NCBI GenBank assembly: GCA_040307715.1
Contig: JAWRJC010000026.1
Span: 14,571 to 78,570, forward strand
From: Clostridiales bacterium
GTDB taxonomy: Bacteria > Bacillota > Clostridia > Peptostreptococcales > Anaerovoracaceae
Direction of reading: 5' to 3'
DNA length: 64,000 bases
The notes below the pieces were generated by a model, which worked only from the letters and a program-made list of their open reading frames with translations, did not search any database and was not told the origin of the DNA. Each line of letters opens with the position of its first letter. Position 1 is the first letter of the stretch. Position numbers and translations under genes: made by a program. Below are positions 1 through 9,518 of the stretch, piece after piece.

Positions 1-127
1 CAATGACACGAACATTGTATTTATCCCGATCGATATGCCGGAGGATAGAGGCAGCTGAACTGCGGGAAACCTCATGTTCGCTGCTCATCCCGCCGAACAG
101 CACCAGAACTGTCTTCTTCTCGGCCAT
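1..127 (-). CDS. ddl: D-alanine--D-alanine ligase, N-terminal fragment (gene runs off the window start)
   Basis: Reverse translation from the ATG at 125-127 gives MAEKKTVLVLFGGMSSEHEVSRSSAASILRHIDRDKYNVRVI. This is the canonical Ddl N-terminus (FGGxSxEHEVS). A purine-rich SD, GGAAGGAAGGAA, lies just upstream. Too short for the ORF track. Confidence 0.75.
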   Translation of the reverse strand, partial: MAEKKTVLVLFGGMSSEHEVSRSSAASILRHIDRDKYNVRVI

Positions 128-169
128 ATTCCTTCCTTCCTTCACTCAGATACTCTTCCCGCGGCGGGA

Positions 170-1780
170 TCACTCTCCGCCACCTTCGCCGCCGCTGTCA
201 CCGCCACCGCTGTCACCGCCGCCGCCGTCACCGCCGCTGCCGTCACCGCCACCGCTGTCACCGCCACCGCTGTTATCGACCGGCTCCGTATAGTCTTCCC
301 CGCCGCTGTTATCGGCCGGTTCCGTGTAGTCTTCGCCGCCGCTGTCATCGGAAGCAGGTGCTGTATAGGACCCGTCGTCATAGTCAGACTGATCGTTATA
401 ATAATTGGAATCGTAATCCGTGTCGTAGTCTGTGTTGCCGGGGTTGCCGCTGTTGCGGCTCTGACCGGCATTCGGGCCACCGCCGAACGTGTTCAGGTAA
501 CGATCCAGAAGTTCATAGTCAACATCTTCCTCCCCGTAGTACTGGGTCTCCATCTTGACTTCTTCATTGATCATCAGCACGTTGTCAGTCGGCTGGTAAT
601 CCACCTGCCCGAACAGTTTTTCATGCAGTTCGACCACGTTGCTCTTGAGCGTGATCGGCGCATCGTACCAGACGCTGTTGATATAAGCACCGTCATAGTT
701 GAACGGCCAGCGCTGGCTGCCCATATTCCCGAATTTCGAGATCTTGCCGACCAGATCCATCATCGTATCGGAGCTCATACTGGTGGAGATCTTTTTCATG
801 CCGAGGTTGAGGAGGTTGTTCAATTCAGACAGTTTCATGGTCTTTGCTTTATCCATGGCTGCCTTGATGACTTCTCTCATACGTTCCGCACGTTCATCAT
901 CCCCGTCGGTCTTACGGATCCGGCAGTAGGCGACGATCTGCACCCCGTTCAGCACCTGCTTGCCTGTATTATCAACATACGTGTTATCCATATGCAGGCT
1001 CTGATTGGTGTGGTCGATGATCCGGTTGAGTTCATCGAGTTCATGATCGTCTACGGTGACTTCGAGGCCGCCCATTGCGTCTGTGATCTCCGCCACGGAC
1101 CGCCAGTCCACGCGGACATAGTCGTCGATATTCAGATCCAGATTGCGGTTGAGCGCACGGACAGTGTTCACCGGACCGCCGAACGCATGCGCGTGGGTGA
1201 CCTTGTCAATGACGTGCGACCCCTTTTCCTCCAGATCCAGATAGGAATCGCGCAGTACGGAAGTCAATGTGATCTCATTCGTCTTCTTGTTGATCGTGAC
1301 GATGATGATCGCATCCGAACGAACGCCGCTCTCATCGGTCTCACCGTCCCCCTCGCGTGTATCGACGCCGAGCAGGACGATGTTTTTGTAGTCTTTCAGT
1401 TCTTCCTTGACCCGGGGATCGATGCCCCAGTCTTCCTCGTTGACCTCGACACGATCGACTTGTTCGAATTTTTCTTTGACGAACTGTTTCGCCAGCACGA
1501 CCCCGCAGACCGCAAGCAGCGCCAGGCACAGCAAAACGATGAGCGCTGTCCGGAGGCGGCGTTTTTTCTTGTCGACGGGTTTTTGGGATTTCCCGGACCG
1601 GCCGCTGCCGGCCTTATCTTTTTTGACCCTGCGGTATTTCTTCTTTTTGCGGGTTTTCCCGTCTGAAGAAGCACGGCGGCTGCCGGTCGACGCGCCTTCA
1701 AACTCGTCGTAGATCCCCGCATCCGCAGCGCGGTCTCCCATATTGTAATCATCGTAATAGTAGTTATTACCGTTACTCAT
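170..1780 (-). CDS. LytR-CpsA-Psr (LCP) family cell-wall polymer ligase with a basic cytoplasmic N-terminus, one TM helix and a low-complexity acidic/Gly C-terminal tail
   Basis: ORF 170..1786. LCP core motifs are present (NIVLLGVDTREG...RSDAIIIVTINKKTNEITLTSVLRDSY...GGPVNTVRALNRNLDLNIDDYVRVDW). The TM segment is ALIVLLCLALLAVCGVVL. I prefer the ATG at 1780 (AGGAGA SD 7 nt upstream) over the TTG at 1786. Confidence 0.85.
   Translation of the reverse strand: MSNGNNYYYDDYNMGDRAADAGIYDEFEGASTGSRRASSDGKTRKKKKYRRVKKDKAGSGRSGKSQKPVDKKKRRLRTALIVLLCLALLAVCGVVLAKQFVKEKFEQVDRVEVNEEDWGIDPRVKEELKDYKNIVLLGVDTREGDGETDESGVRSDAIIIVTINKKTNEITLTSVLRDSYLDLEEKGSHVIDKVTHAHAFGGPVNTVRALNRNLDLNIDDYVRVDWRSVAEITDAMGGLEVTVDDHELDELNRIIDHTNQSLHMDNTYVDNTGKQVLNGVQIVAYCRIRKTDGDDERAERMREVIKAAMDKAKTMKLSELNNLLNLGMKKISTSMSSDTMMDLVGKISKFGNMGSQRWPFNYDGAYINSVWYDAPITLKSNVVELHEKLFGQVDYQPTDNVLMINEEVKMETQYYGEEDVDYELLDRYLNTFGGGPNAGQSRNSGNPGNTDYDTDYDSNYYNDQSDYDDGSYTAPASDDSGGEDYTEPADNSGGEDYTEPVDNSGGGDSGGGDGSGGDGGGGDSGGGDSGGEGGGE
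191..340 (-). repeat. In-frame coding tandem repeats in the LCP C-terminal tail: 5 x 15 nt, then 2 x 36 nt
   Basis: Plus strand 191-265 holds five units of (g/a)c(c/t)gc(t/c)gtcaccgcc, encoding GGGDS-like pentapeptides. Positions 269-304 and 305-340 are two 36-nt units differing at 5 positions. They encode DNSGGEDYTEP(A/V). Confidence 0.9.
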
Positions 1781-1794
1781 TCCCAAGTCTCCTG

Positions 1795-2448
1795 TTATCC
1801 GAGCAAGTCTTTAAATGCCTGCGTTCTTTGGGTGATGTCGTCCGCCTTGAACACAGCCGATCCCGCGACGAGGATATCTGTCCCCGCCTCTTTGATAATG
1901 GCGGCATTATCCAGGGAGACACCGCCGTCGATCTCGATCTGATAGGTATATCCGTGTTCTTCTCTTTGCTGTGCAAGTTCACGGATCTTATCCAGAGAGG
2001 ACGGGATGAACGCCTGACCGCCAAATCCCGGATTGACAGACATCACGAGCACCAGATCCGCGATCCCGAGCACTTCGGAAAGGAGCTGCACCGGAGTGCC
2101 GGGATTGATGGCGACGCCGGCCCCCGCACCGAGGTCCTTGATATAGTGAAGGGTACGGTCGATGTGTCTGCAAGCCTCCCAGTGCACTGTGACGAAGCGG
2201 GTGGCTTCCGTTATGAACGACGCTGCGTATTTATCCGGATCCTCGATCATCAGATGGACATCGAACGGCATGGCCGTCCTGCCGCAAAGGCTCTTCATGA
2301 CATCTGCCCCGAAACTGATATTCGGAACGAAATGCCCGTCCATCACATCAACGTGCAGAAGATCCGCCCCCGCCCGCTCTGTCATCGCAACCTGCTCCGC
2401 CAGTTTTGAAAAGTCTGCGGAAAGGATGGATGGTGCCAGTTTTGCCAT
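1795..2448 (-). CDS. rpe: ribulose-phosphate 3-epimerase
   Basis: 217 aa. The sequence MAKLAPSILSADFSKLAEQV...HVDVMDGHFVPNISFG...VMSVNPGFGGQ is typical of Rpe. Confidence 0.95.
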   Translation of the reverse strand: MAKLAPSILSADFSKLAEQVAMTERAGADLLHVDVMDGHFVPNISFGADVMKSLCGRTAMPFDVHLMIEDPDKYAASFITEATRFVTVHWEACRHIDRTLHYIKDLGAGAGVAINPGTPVQLLSEVLGIADLVLVMSVNPGFGGQAFIPSSLDKIRELAQQREEHGYTYQIEIDGGVSLDNAAIIKEAGTDILVAGSAVFKADDITQRTQAFKDLLG

Positions 2449-2460
2449 GCTTGCTCCTCC

Positions 2461-3339
2461 TTACAGATACGGGATACGCGTGCGCATCTCCTCGATCTGT
2501 GATACATACGAATCATATCTTTCAGGGCTGATCAGCCCTTTTTCAACGGCTTCCCGGACCTTGCAGTCCGGCTCTTTCATGTGCCGGCAGTTATCGAACC
2601 GGCACTGCCCCAGGAAGGGACGCATTTCCGGATAGTATCCGGCGAGATCCGCTTCTTCCGCTTCCAGAATGTCGAACGAGGTGAATCCCGGTGTGTCGAA
2701 CACCTTGCCGCCGCGGTCCATCGGGAAGATCTCCACATGCCGCGTCGTATGCCTGCCGCGCCGTGTTTTCCGGCTGATCTCGCCGGTCTTCGCAGCGGCA
2801 TCCGTACACAGATGGTTGAGGATCGTCGATTTGCCGACCCCGGAGGGGCCCGCCAGAGCGACCTGTTTCCCGGCGATCCGTTCCGCAAGCGATTCGATCC
2901 CGTCTCCTGCAGAAGCGCTCAGGAACCGCGTCTCATAACAGTTGCCGTAGATCCGCTGAAGTCTCTCTTTCTCTTCCGCTTTCGCCAGATCGGATTTGTT
3001 GAAACAGAGGACCGCTTCCGTTCCGGACATCTGCGCCATTACTAGAAATCTGTCGATCAGACGGATATTAGGGGCCGGATGCCGGAATGCCGCCACGACA
3101 AGCAGCAGATCCACGTTGGCGATCGGCGGACGGACGAAGGAATTGCTGCGGGGATGGATCTTAGTCACATATCCCTCGACTTCCTCTTCCTGCGTCCGGT
3201 CGATCATGACCCGGTCACCCACCATCGGGATAATGCCCTGCTTTTTGAACAGACCGCGGGCGCGGCACTGATAGATGCCTTCTTCAGTCTCAACATAGTA
3301 GAAACCGCCCACGCCCCGGATGATCAGTCCCTCGATCAT
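2461..3339 (-). CDS. rsgA: ribosome small-subunit-dependent GTPase A
   Basis: OB-fold N-terminus (GGFYYV...VGDRV). Circularly permuted GTPase motifs are NKSDL and GPSGVGKST. C-terminal zinc knuckle is CRFDNCRHMKEPDC. The ATG at 3339 overlaps the prkC stop (TGATG); a GTG at 3342 is an alternative start. Confidence 0.9.
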   Translation of the reverse strand: MIEGLIIRGVGGFYYVETEEGIYQCRARGLFKKQGIIPMVGDRVMIDRTQEEEVEGYVTKIHPRSNSFVRPPIANVDLLLVVAAFRHPAPNIRLIDRFLVMAQMSGTEAVLCFNKSDLAKAEEKERLQRIYGNCYETRFLSASAGDGIESLAERIAGKQVALAGPSGVGKSTILNHLCTDAAAKTGEISRKTRRGRHTTRHVEIFPMDRGGKVFDTPGFTSFDILEAEEADLAGYYPEMRPFLGQCRFDNCRHMKEPDCKVREAVEKGLISPERYDSYVSQIEEMRTRIPYL

Positions 3340-5252
3340 CACATCGCTCCTTCAGCGAAATCGACGGACTGCTCGTAAACCGTCTCATTATCGAAGATGA
3401 CAACGATTTTGCCCTGTCCTGTGCCGGTGATCTCCACCGATATGCCTTCATCGACCTTCGCGCACTGCTGGTTGGTGATGACGTTGCGGGTGCCGTTGTC
3501 ATCGGTCACCGTCACCGTCATGTAGAAGACCTCTTCCTTGGCCGCCGAGAAATCAACGTAGTAGTTGATCGTCGACGAAGCACCGGTGCTGACGACGACG
3601 CTGACGGATGTTCCTTCGTCGATCTTGTTGCCGCCCGCGTACTGCTGGTCGATGATCTGCCCTTTCGGATAAGTCTTGCTGATCTGGTACTCGACAGAAC
3701 CGAGATACAGACCGTTGTTTTCAAGCTTGGAACGGGCCTCGTCTTCTGTCAGACCGCGCAGATCCGGTACGGTGACCTGCCGTTTGCCCTGCCCGTTACT
3801 GATCACCAGTGAGATCTCGGACCCCGGCGAAGCCTTGCTGCCTGCTTCCGGCGTCTGGCTCAGGACCTGGCCGGCAGGCTGCGTGCTGGTCTCCTCCGTG
3901 GATCCCGCATACACGAACCCCGCTTCTTCGATCGCCGCGACCGCTTCTTTTTCATCCATCCCGATCAGATACGGCACCTCACCTTCCGAAGCACCGATCG
4001 AAAGATCGACCGTGACCGTTGTTCCCTCCTTGACCTTGGTATGTTCCCGCGGGTCCTGGGCGACGATCAGCCCGGCTTCGTAATCATCGCTGAAGACTTT
4101 GTCCCCTTTCTGGATCTTCAGCCCTCTGTCTTTGAGCTGCTCTTCCGCCTGCTCATACGTCATCCCGTGCAGGTCGGGAACTTCGATCTCCTTCTTGGAG
4201 AACTTGCCTGTGGCAAGCCCGATGACCATGATCAGCACCAGCAGCGCAACGCCTGCGCCGATCATGATGAGCGCCCGTTTTTTCTTCGTCTTGTCGTTGC
4301 CTTTGCCGCCGCCCTGGCTGCCGCGCGGGTCATCCGGCAGGAGCCCCGCCGCAACGAGTTCGTCCCGGCTGCCGGCAACGATGGTATCTCCGTTGTGGTA
4401 TTTCGGCCGGTGGTTGAGATCAAAACTGCTCAGAAGATCGACCTCATCCAGCGCTTTGATCAGTTCTTCCGCTGTCTGATAGCGGTTGATCTGGATCTTG
4501 TCGGTCGCTTTCATAACGATCTTCTCAAGCGCCGGCGGGATGCCGTCCACGATCTTCGAGGGCGGTATGATCGGGTCGTTGATATGCATCAGCGCGATCG
4601 ATACCGGATTGTCACCGTCGAACGGAACATCCCCCGTGAGCATCTCATACATGACAATGCCAAGCGAATACAGATCCGAACGCTCATCCACATAGCCGCC
4701 TCTGGCCTGCTCCGGCGAGAAATAGTGGACCGAGCCGATGATCGTCTCCTCCGTGTTCTCCACGATCGTGTTGACGCTGACCGCCTTCGCGATGCCAAAG
4801 TCCGCGATCTTCGCGACGCCGTCTTCGTTGACAAGGATGTTGTGCGGCTTGACGTCGCGGTGGATGATCCCCGCCTTGTGCGCCGCTGCGAGACCGCTCG
4901 CGATCTGTCTCGACAGATCCATCACACGCCGGTAATCCAGCGGGCCTTCCTCCTTGATGATGTCGCTCAGGGCTTTGCCCTTCACCAGTTCCATAACGAT
5001 GTAGTTGATGTTGCCCTCTTTGCCGACATCATATACACCGACGATGTTCGCGTGGGTCAGCCGCGCAGCTGCATGCGATTCTTTGCGGAAGTTCTCGATA
5101 AACTTCTCATCCCCGGTGAACTGGGGCTTGAGGATCTTGACTGCGACATGCCGGCTCAACAATTTATCCATCGCACGGTAGACAACGGCCATGCCGCCGT
5201 CTCCGATCTTTTCCAGTAATTCATACCGGCCCGCAAGGACTTTACTGCTCAT
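3339..5252 (-). CDS. prkC: Ser/Thr protein kinase with three extracellular PASTA repeats (PrkC/PknB type)
   Basis: Hanks kinase motifs are present (GDGGMAVVY, HRDVKPHNIL, DFGIA, SPEQ). One TM helix (ALIMIGAGVALLVLIMVIGL) is followed by three PASTA-like units (VPDLHGMTYEQA, VPYLIGMDEKEA, VPDLRGLTEDEA). The start overlaps the stp stop by 11 nt. Confidence 0.92.
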   Translation of the reverse strand: MSSKVLAGRYELLEKIGDGGMAVVYRAMDKLLSRHVAVKILKPQFTGDEKFIENFRKESHAAARLTHANIVGVYDVGKEGNINYIVMELVKGKALSDIIKEEGPLDYRRVMDLSRQIASGLAAAHKAGIIHRDVKPHNILVNEDGVAKIADFGIAKAVSVNTIVENTEETIIGSVHYFSPEQARGGYVDERSDLYSLGIVMYEMLTGDVPFDGDNPVSIALMHINDPIIPPSKIVDGIPPALEKIVMKATDKIQINRYQTAEELIKALDEVDLLSSFDLNHRPKYHNGDTIVAGSRDELVAAGLLPDDPRGSQGGGKGNDKTKKKRALIMIGAGVALLVLIMVIGLATGKFSKKEIEVPDLHGMTYEQAEEQLKDRGLKIQKGDKVFSDDYEAGLIVAQDPREHTKVKEGTTVTVDLSIGASEGEVPYLIGMDEKEAVAAIEEAGFVYAGSTEETSTQPAGQVLSQTPEAGSKASPGSEISLVISNGQGKRQVTVPDLRGLTEDEARSKLENNGLYLGSVEYQISKTYPKGQIIDQQYAGGNKIDEGTSVSVVVSTGASSTINYYVDFSAAKEEVFYMTVTVTDDNGTRNVITNQQCAKVDEGISVEITGTGQGKIVVIFDNETVYEQSVDFAEGAM

Positions 5253-5991
5253 TCTGACTTCCTCCCTGGACCTTCACAGTGATCGCGGTGATGTTGTCCC
5301 TGCCGCCGTTTTCATTGGCACGGTCTACCAGCCGCTCCGTTAACACCTGCATATCTTCATCATCCTGCAGGATCTCGATCATTTCTTCTCTGGAGAGTTC
5401 TCCGTACAGCCCGTCTGTGCAGAGCAGCAGGATATCCCCCTCCCGTATCTCCACATCGTACTGGTCGCCTTCCACGGTCAGTTCCGCGCCGATCGCCTTG
5501 GTGATCACGTGGCCCCGCTTGTGGTGGCGCGCCTCCTCTTCTGTCAGAACGCCCATGCGGATCAGCGCATTGACGTAGGAATGGTCTTCCGTGATCTGCA
5601 GCAGCTGGCCGTCCGCATAGAGATACGCCCGGCTGTCTCCCACATTGGCAAAGAACGCTTTGTCCTCCCGCACGTGGCACAGGACCAGCGTTGTGGCCAT
5701 TCCTCTGTTTTCCGGCTGCTCTCTGCCCGCTTCGACCACGCTTTCGTTGGCCCTGGCAAGGCAGGCGTCGAACAGGTCTCCGATGTCCCTTTCATTGACG
5801 CCGGCCAGATGGTTGATGCTCATAAAATCCCGGCAGGTGTCCACCGCTGTCTTGCTGGCAATCTCGCCGGCATTGTTGCCGCCGACACCGTCCGCGATGA
5901 TGAACAGCCGCTCTTCCGCAACGATGGCGCAGGCGTCTTCGTTGAGGCTGCGTTTTCTGCCTTTGTCGCTTTTGTAACCGACTCTTAACAT
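5242..5991 (-). CDS. stp: PP2C-family Ser/Thr phosphatase (Stp/PrpC)
   Basis: 249 aa. The sequence is GRKRSLNEDA...ADGVGG...TDGLY...NGGRDNITA. Partner of prkC. GGAGGAAC SD. Confidence 0.9.
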   Translation of the reverse strand: MLRVGYKSDKGRKRSLNEDACAIVAEERLFIIADGVGGNNAGEIASKTAVDTCRDFMSINHLAGVNERDIGDLFDACLARANESVVEAGREQPENRGMATTLVLCHVREDKAFFANVGDSRAYLYADGQLLQITEDHSYVNALIRMGVLTEEEARHHKRGHVITKAIGAELTVEGDQYDVEIREGDILLLCTDGLYGELSREEMIEILQDDEDMQVLTERLVDRANENGGRDNITAITVKVQGGSQNEQ

Positions 5992-6024
5992 AGTTCCTCC
6001 GGTCGGCCGGACCCAAATCCGGCT

Positions 6025-7326
6025 TTACTGATTGGTGATGGAATCGCTCTTCCGCATCTTGCAGATGAAGAATCCGTCTGTTCCGTTCACATGCGGCAGC
6101 AGCTGCTTCGTCTCCTCGACCATGAAGTTCGGATGGCTCCTGAGGAAGGAACTGACGACCTCTTCATTCTCGCGGGGATTGATCGTGCATGTGCTGTAAA
6201 CCAGCACGCCGCCCGCATTGACATATTTGGAAGCAGCTTCGAGGATCGCCTGCTGCTTCTGCGGCAGCATAGCCATTTCTTCGTTATAACTCTTGTATTT
6301 GATCTCCGGCTTGCGGCGTACGACACCCAGACCGGAACACGGCGCATCGACGAGCACCCTGTCGGCCTTCCCGACCAGAGAAGAATCCACACGCGTTGAA
6401 TCCCAGGTCCTCGTCTCGACGATCTTCACGCCGAGCCGCGCTGCTTCGTGTTCGATCAGCGCGATCTTCCGCTTGTAAATATCCTGGGCAACGATGCGGC
6501 CGCGGTTGTTCATGCGTTCCGCGATCGCCATGGTCTTGCCGCCCGGGGCAGCGCAGACATCAACAACTGTATTGCCCTGCTGCGGATCCAGGACCTCCGC
6601 GACCATCTGCGACGCTTCATCCTGCACGGAGAACAGCCCGTTCGCGTACAGGTCGCTTTCGAGAAGACCGCTGCCCTTGATATGGAGCGCATTGGCGCTG
6701 TAACGCCCTTCCGTGACAGTATAGCCGCGTTCCTCCAGGACCTGGATCAGATCCTTCTTCATGATCTTCAGCCAGTTCAGACGGATCGTGAACGGCGGTG
6801 CTTCATCCCCGGAAGAGAGAAGCGATTCGACGAAGGACGGATCATCATACTCGTCCAGCCAGAGACGGACGATCCACGGTGCATAGGAGTACTTCACCGA
6901 CAGATACGCAACGAGATCCTCGTCCCTGTCCGGCAGGGTGAGCGAGTCTTTTTTCTTCAGGTAGCCCCGCAGCACACCATTGATGAATCCGCCGCGCCCC
7001 CGCGCATACCGCTTAGCCAGAGAAACACTTTCGTTGACGGCCGCATAATCCGGCACGCTGTCCATATACGCCAGTTGATACAAGCCCATCCGCAGGATGG
7101 TCAGGTCCTGGTGTCTGACGCTTTTGATCCCTTTTTCGATCAGCTGATCGAGGTAGTGATCAAGAAGCATCTTGTTCTCCAGCACACCGTAGACCAGTTC
7201 GCGCACAAAAGCGGGGTCGTCCGGTTTATTGATGAGGATATGGTGGTTGAGAGCGAGATTGGAATAAGCCTTTTTCGTCTCCATATCCAGCAGTGTATGA
7301 TAGGCTGTTTTTCTGTTTGCGTCCAT
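6025..7326 (-). CDS. rsmB: 16S rRNA (cytosine967-C5)-methyltransferase
   Basis: 433 aa. NusB-like N-terminal domain plus a SAM methyltransferase core (DVCAAPGGKT...DAPCSGLGVVRRKPE...YSTCT). Confidence 0.9.
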   Translation of the reverse strand: MDANRKTAYHTLLDMETKKAYSNLALNHHILINKPDDPAFVRELVYGVLENKMLLDHYLDQLIEKGIKSVRHQDLTILRMGLYQLAYMDSVPDYAAVNESVSLAKRYARGRGGFINGVLRGYLKKKDSLTLPDRDEDLVAYLSVKYSYAPWIVRLWLDEYDDPSFVESLLSSGDEAPPFTIRLNWLKIMKKDLIQVLEERGYTVTEGRYSANALHIKGSGLLESDLYANGLFSVQDEASQMVAEVLDPQQGNTVVDVCAAPGGKTMAIAERMNNRGRIVAQDIYKRKIALIEHEAARLGVKIVETRTWDSTRVDSSLVGKADRVLVDAPCSGLGVVRRKPEIKYKSYNEEMAMLPQKQQAILEAASKYVNAGGVLVYSTCTINPRENEEVVSSFLRSHPNFMVEETKQLLPHVNGTDGFFICKMRKSDSITNQ

Positions 7327-7327
7327 G

Positions 7328-8032
7328 TTATCTCCTGTCGCCCCGGATCAGCAGGATCCGGATCAGTTGCAGCAGCGAAGTGGCAAGCGCTGCCACATAA
7401 GTCATCGCCGCCGCTGTCAGCATTTTTCTTGCCCCGGGGACTTCCTCCTCGAGGATGAGTCCGGTGGCTTCGAGTTCCCGTACGGCGCGCCTGCTGGCAT
7501 CCAGTTCGACCGGCAATGTCACGCCGTGGAACAGGACGACCGCCGCAAAGGCGATCACACCGATGTTGAAAAGAAGGTTGCCGGAGTCGTAACTGCCGGC
7601 TGCGATCAGCATGACGCCGATCAGAAGGAGCGGCCAGCTGGCCATGGAGACCACACTGACAGGCCGCGCCAGCGCATTGCGGAATGCGAGCGGCGCGTAA
7701 TTGGTACCGTACTGCATCGCGTGTCCGGTCTCATGCGCGGCAACGCTGACCGAAGCGATGCTCGTGCCGTCATGGATATCGGAAGACAGCCTGATCACCT
7801 GGTTTTTCGGATCGAAGTGATCGGACAGCACACCCTGTACGCGTTCGATCCGGATGTGGGACAGACCGTTCCTGTCCAGAAGATACCGGGCCGCCTCGGC
7901 ACCTGTGATCTGCCGGCGTGTCGGCAGCTGCCGGTACCTCGCGTAAGAGGTCTTCAGTTTTCCCTGCGCCCACATCGTGAACAGGATCGCCGGGATCAGC
8001 ACAAGGTATGTGGGATCGTAGAAACCGTACAT
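7328..8032 (-). CDS. membrane zinc metallopeptidase (YugP / Zn_peptidase_2-like)
   Basis: HExxH motif (AAHETGHAMQ) plus C-terminal TM helices. I prefer the ATG at 8032 (GGGGGTGA SD); the track start at 8038 is a GTG. Confidence 0.75.
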   Translation of the reverse strand: MYGFYDPTYLVLIPAILFTMWAQGKLKTSYARYRQLPTRRQITGAEAARYLLDRNGLSHIRIERVQGVLSDHFDPKNQVIRLSSDIHDGTSIASVSVAAHETGHAMQYGTNYAPLAFRNALARPVSVVSMASWPLLLIGVMLIAAGSYDSGNLLFNIGVIAFAAVVLFHGVTLPVELDASRRAVRELEATGLILEEEVPGARKMLTAAAMTYVAALATSLLQLIRILLIRGDRR

Positions 8033-8072
8033 ATTCACCCCCGCATTACAAACAAATGCTTATCAAGTTATT

Positions 8073-9005
8073 TTATCCTAAAACCGTACCATTTTCAATG
8101 GAATGCCCCTTCAAATACGCATCCGCCGCCATGCGTTTCTTTCCAGGTGCCTGTACTTCTGTCGCAAGAAGCGCGTCTTCCGCGCAGGCAATCAGGATCC
8201 CTTCCGTGTCCGCCCGCAGGACCGTGCCCGGCACGGCGCCGTGTGCGCCGCGTACGACCGCGGCTTTCCAGATCTTGAACGGCTGTCCGTTCAGATAGGT
8301 GAACGTCCCCGGCCAGGGATAAAGACCGCGGACCCGGCGTTCGAGTTCAGCAGCGGAGCGGGAAAAATCAAGCAATCCATCCTGCTTGGTGATCATCGGC
8401 GCATACGTTGCCAGCGCATCGTTCTGCGCTGCCGGCTGCAGCGATTCACCGGCTTCGATCCGCGCGAGGACTTCGGCGATCAGTACCGCCCCTTTTTCCG
8501 CAAGGATCTCAAAGAGTTCCTCCGCGTTGCAGCGGTCGGCCGGCACAGCTGTCTCTGCCAGCACGGCACCTGTATCCATGCCCTCATCCATCTGCATGAC
8601 GGCGACACCGCCCTTTTCATCGCCTGCCAGAATGGTCCACTGGATCGGTGCGGCGCCGCGGTGGCGCGGCAGCAGCGAACCATGTACATTCAGACAGCCG
8701 TACCGCGGGATCTCAAGGATCTCTTTCGGCAGGATCTTGCCGTACGCGATCACGACGATGGCGTCCGGCGCGGTCTGCCGCAGCTGCTCGAACAGTACCG
8801 TGTTCCCTTTGACCTTGCCGGGCTGCACGACCGGCAGCCCCAGCGCCAGTGCCTTCTCCTTGACAGGGGAAGCCTGGACCTTGTTGCCGCGGCCTTTCAT
8901 CGCATCCGGCTTGGTCACGACGAGCGCGATCTCATGACCGTCTGCCGTCAGCCTTTCCAGTGCAGGGACCGCAAAATCTGGTGTGCCCATAAAAACGATC
9001 TTCAT
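8073..9005 (-). CDS. fmt: methionyl-tRNA formyltransferase
   Basis: 310 aa. The sequence is MKIVFMGTPDFAVPALERL...NVHGSLLPRHRGAAPIQ. Lies in the def-fmt synteny. Confidence 0.95.
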   Translation of the reverse strand: MKIVFMGTPDFAVPALERLTADGHEIALVVTKPDAMKGRGNKVQASPVKEKALALGLPVVQPGKVKGNTVLFEQLRQTAPDAIVVIAYGKILPKEILEIPRYGCLNVHGSLLPRHRGAAPIQWTILAGDEKGGVAVMQMDEGMDTGAVLAETAVPADRCNAEELFEILAEKGAVLIAEVLARIEAGESLQPAAQNDALATYAPMITKQDGLLDFSRSAAELERRVRGLYPWPGTFTYLNGQPFKIWKAAVVRGAHGAVPGTVLRADTEGILIACAEDALLATEVQAPGKKRMAADAYLKGHSIENGTVLG

Positions 9006-9022
9006 CGGCAGTTCTCCCGTTC

Positions 9023-9517
9023 TTATTCTTCCGTATCTTCTGCGCCATCCTCATCCTGCAGTTCAGGCTTATGGATATCCGTCGCTTTGCTTGTGTAAAG
9101 GATCCCCTGCAGGTGATCCATCTCATGGCTGGCCGCAACAGCGTCAAACCCTTCGAAAACATATTCTTCAAGGCCGCCTCTGCGGTTCTGAGAACGGACC
9201 TTGATCTTCATCGGGCGCTTCACACAGCCGATATAACCGGGCACGCTGAGGCACCCCTCATATCCTTCCTGTTCTCCCTCCTGCTCGATGATGACAGGGT
9301 TGATGAGTTCCGTGACATACCCGGGTTCCGGCTCGATGACACAGACCTGACGCAGTACGCCGACCTGCGGAGCGGCGATGCCGACCCCTTCCGCGTCGCG
9401 CATGGTCTCGATCATATCATCCAGCAGTTCCGCGAGCCGGCCGTCGAATTTCACGACCTCTCTGCACTTTTTAGTAAGGATCTCGTCCCCTTCCACGACG
9501 ATATTGCGTAATGCCAT
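9023..9517 (-). CDS. def: peptide deformylase
   Basis: All three Def motifs are present: GVGIAAPQVG, EGCLSVPG and HEMDHLQG. Confidence 0.95.
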   Translation of the reverse strand: MALRNIVVEGDEILTKKCREVVKFDGRLAELLDDMIETMRDAEGVGIAAPQVGVLRQVCVIEPEPGYVTELINPVIIEQEGEQEGYEGCLSVPGYIGCVKRPMKIKVRSQNRRGGLEEYVFEGFDAVAASHEMDHLQGILYTSKATDIHKPELQDEDGAEDTEE

Positions 9518-9518
9518 A

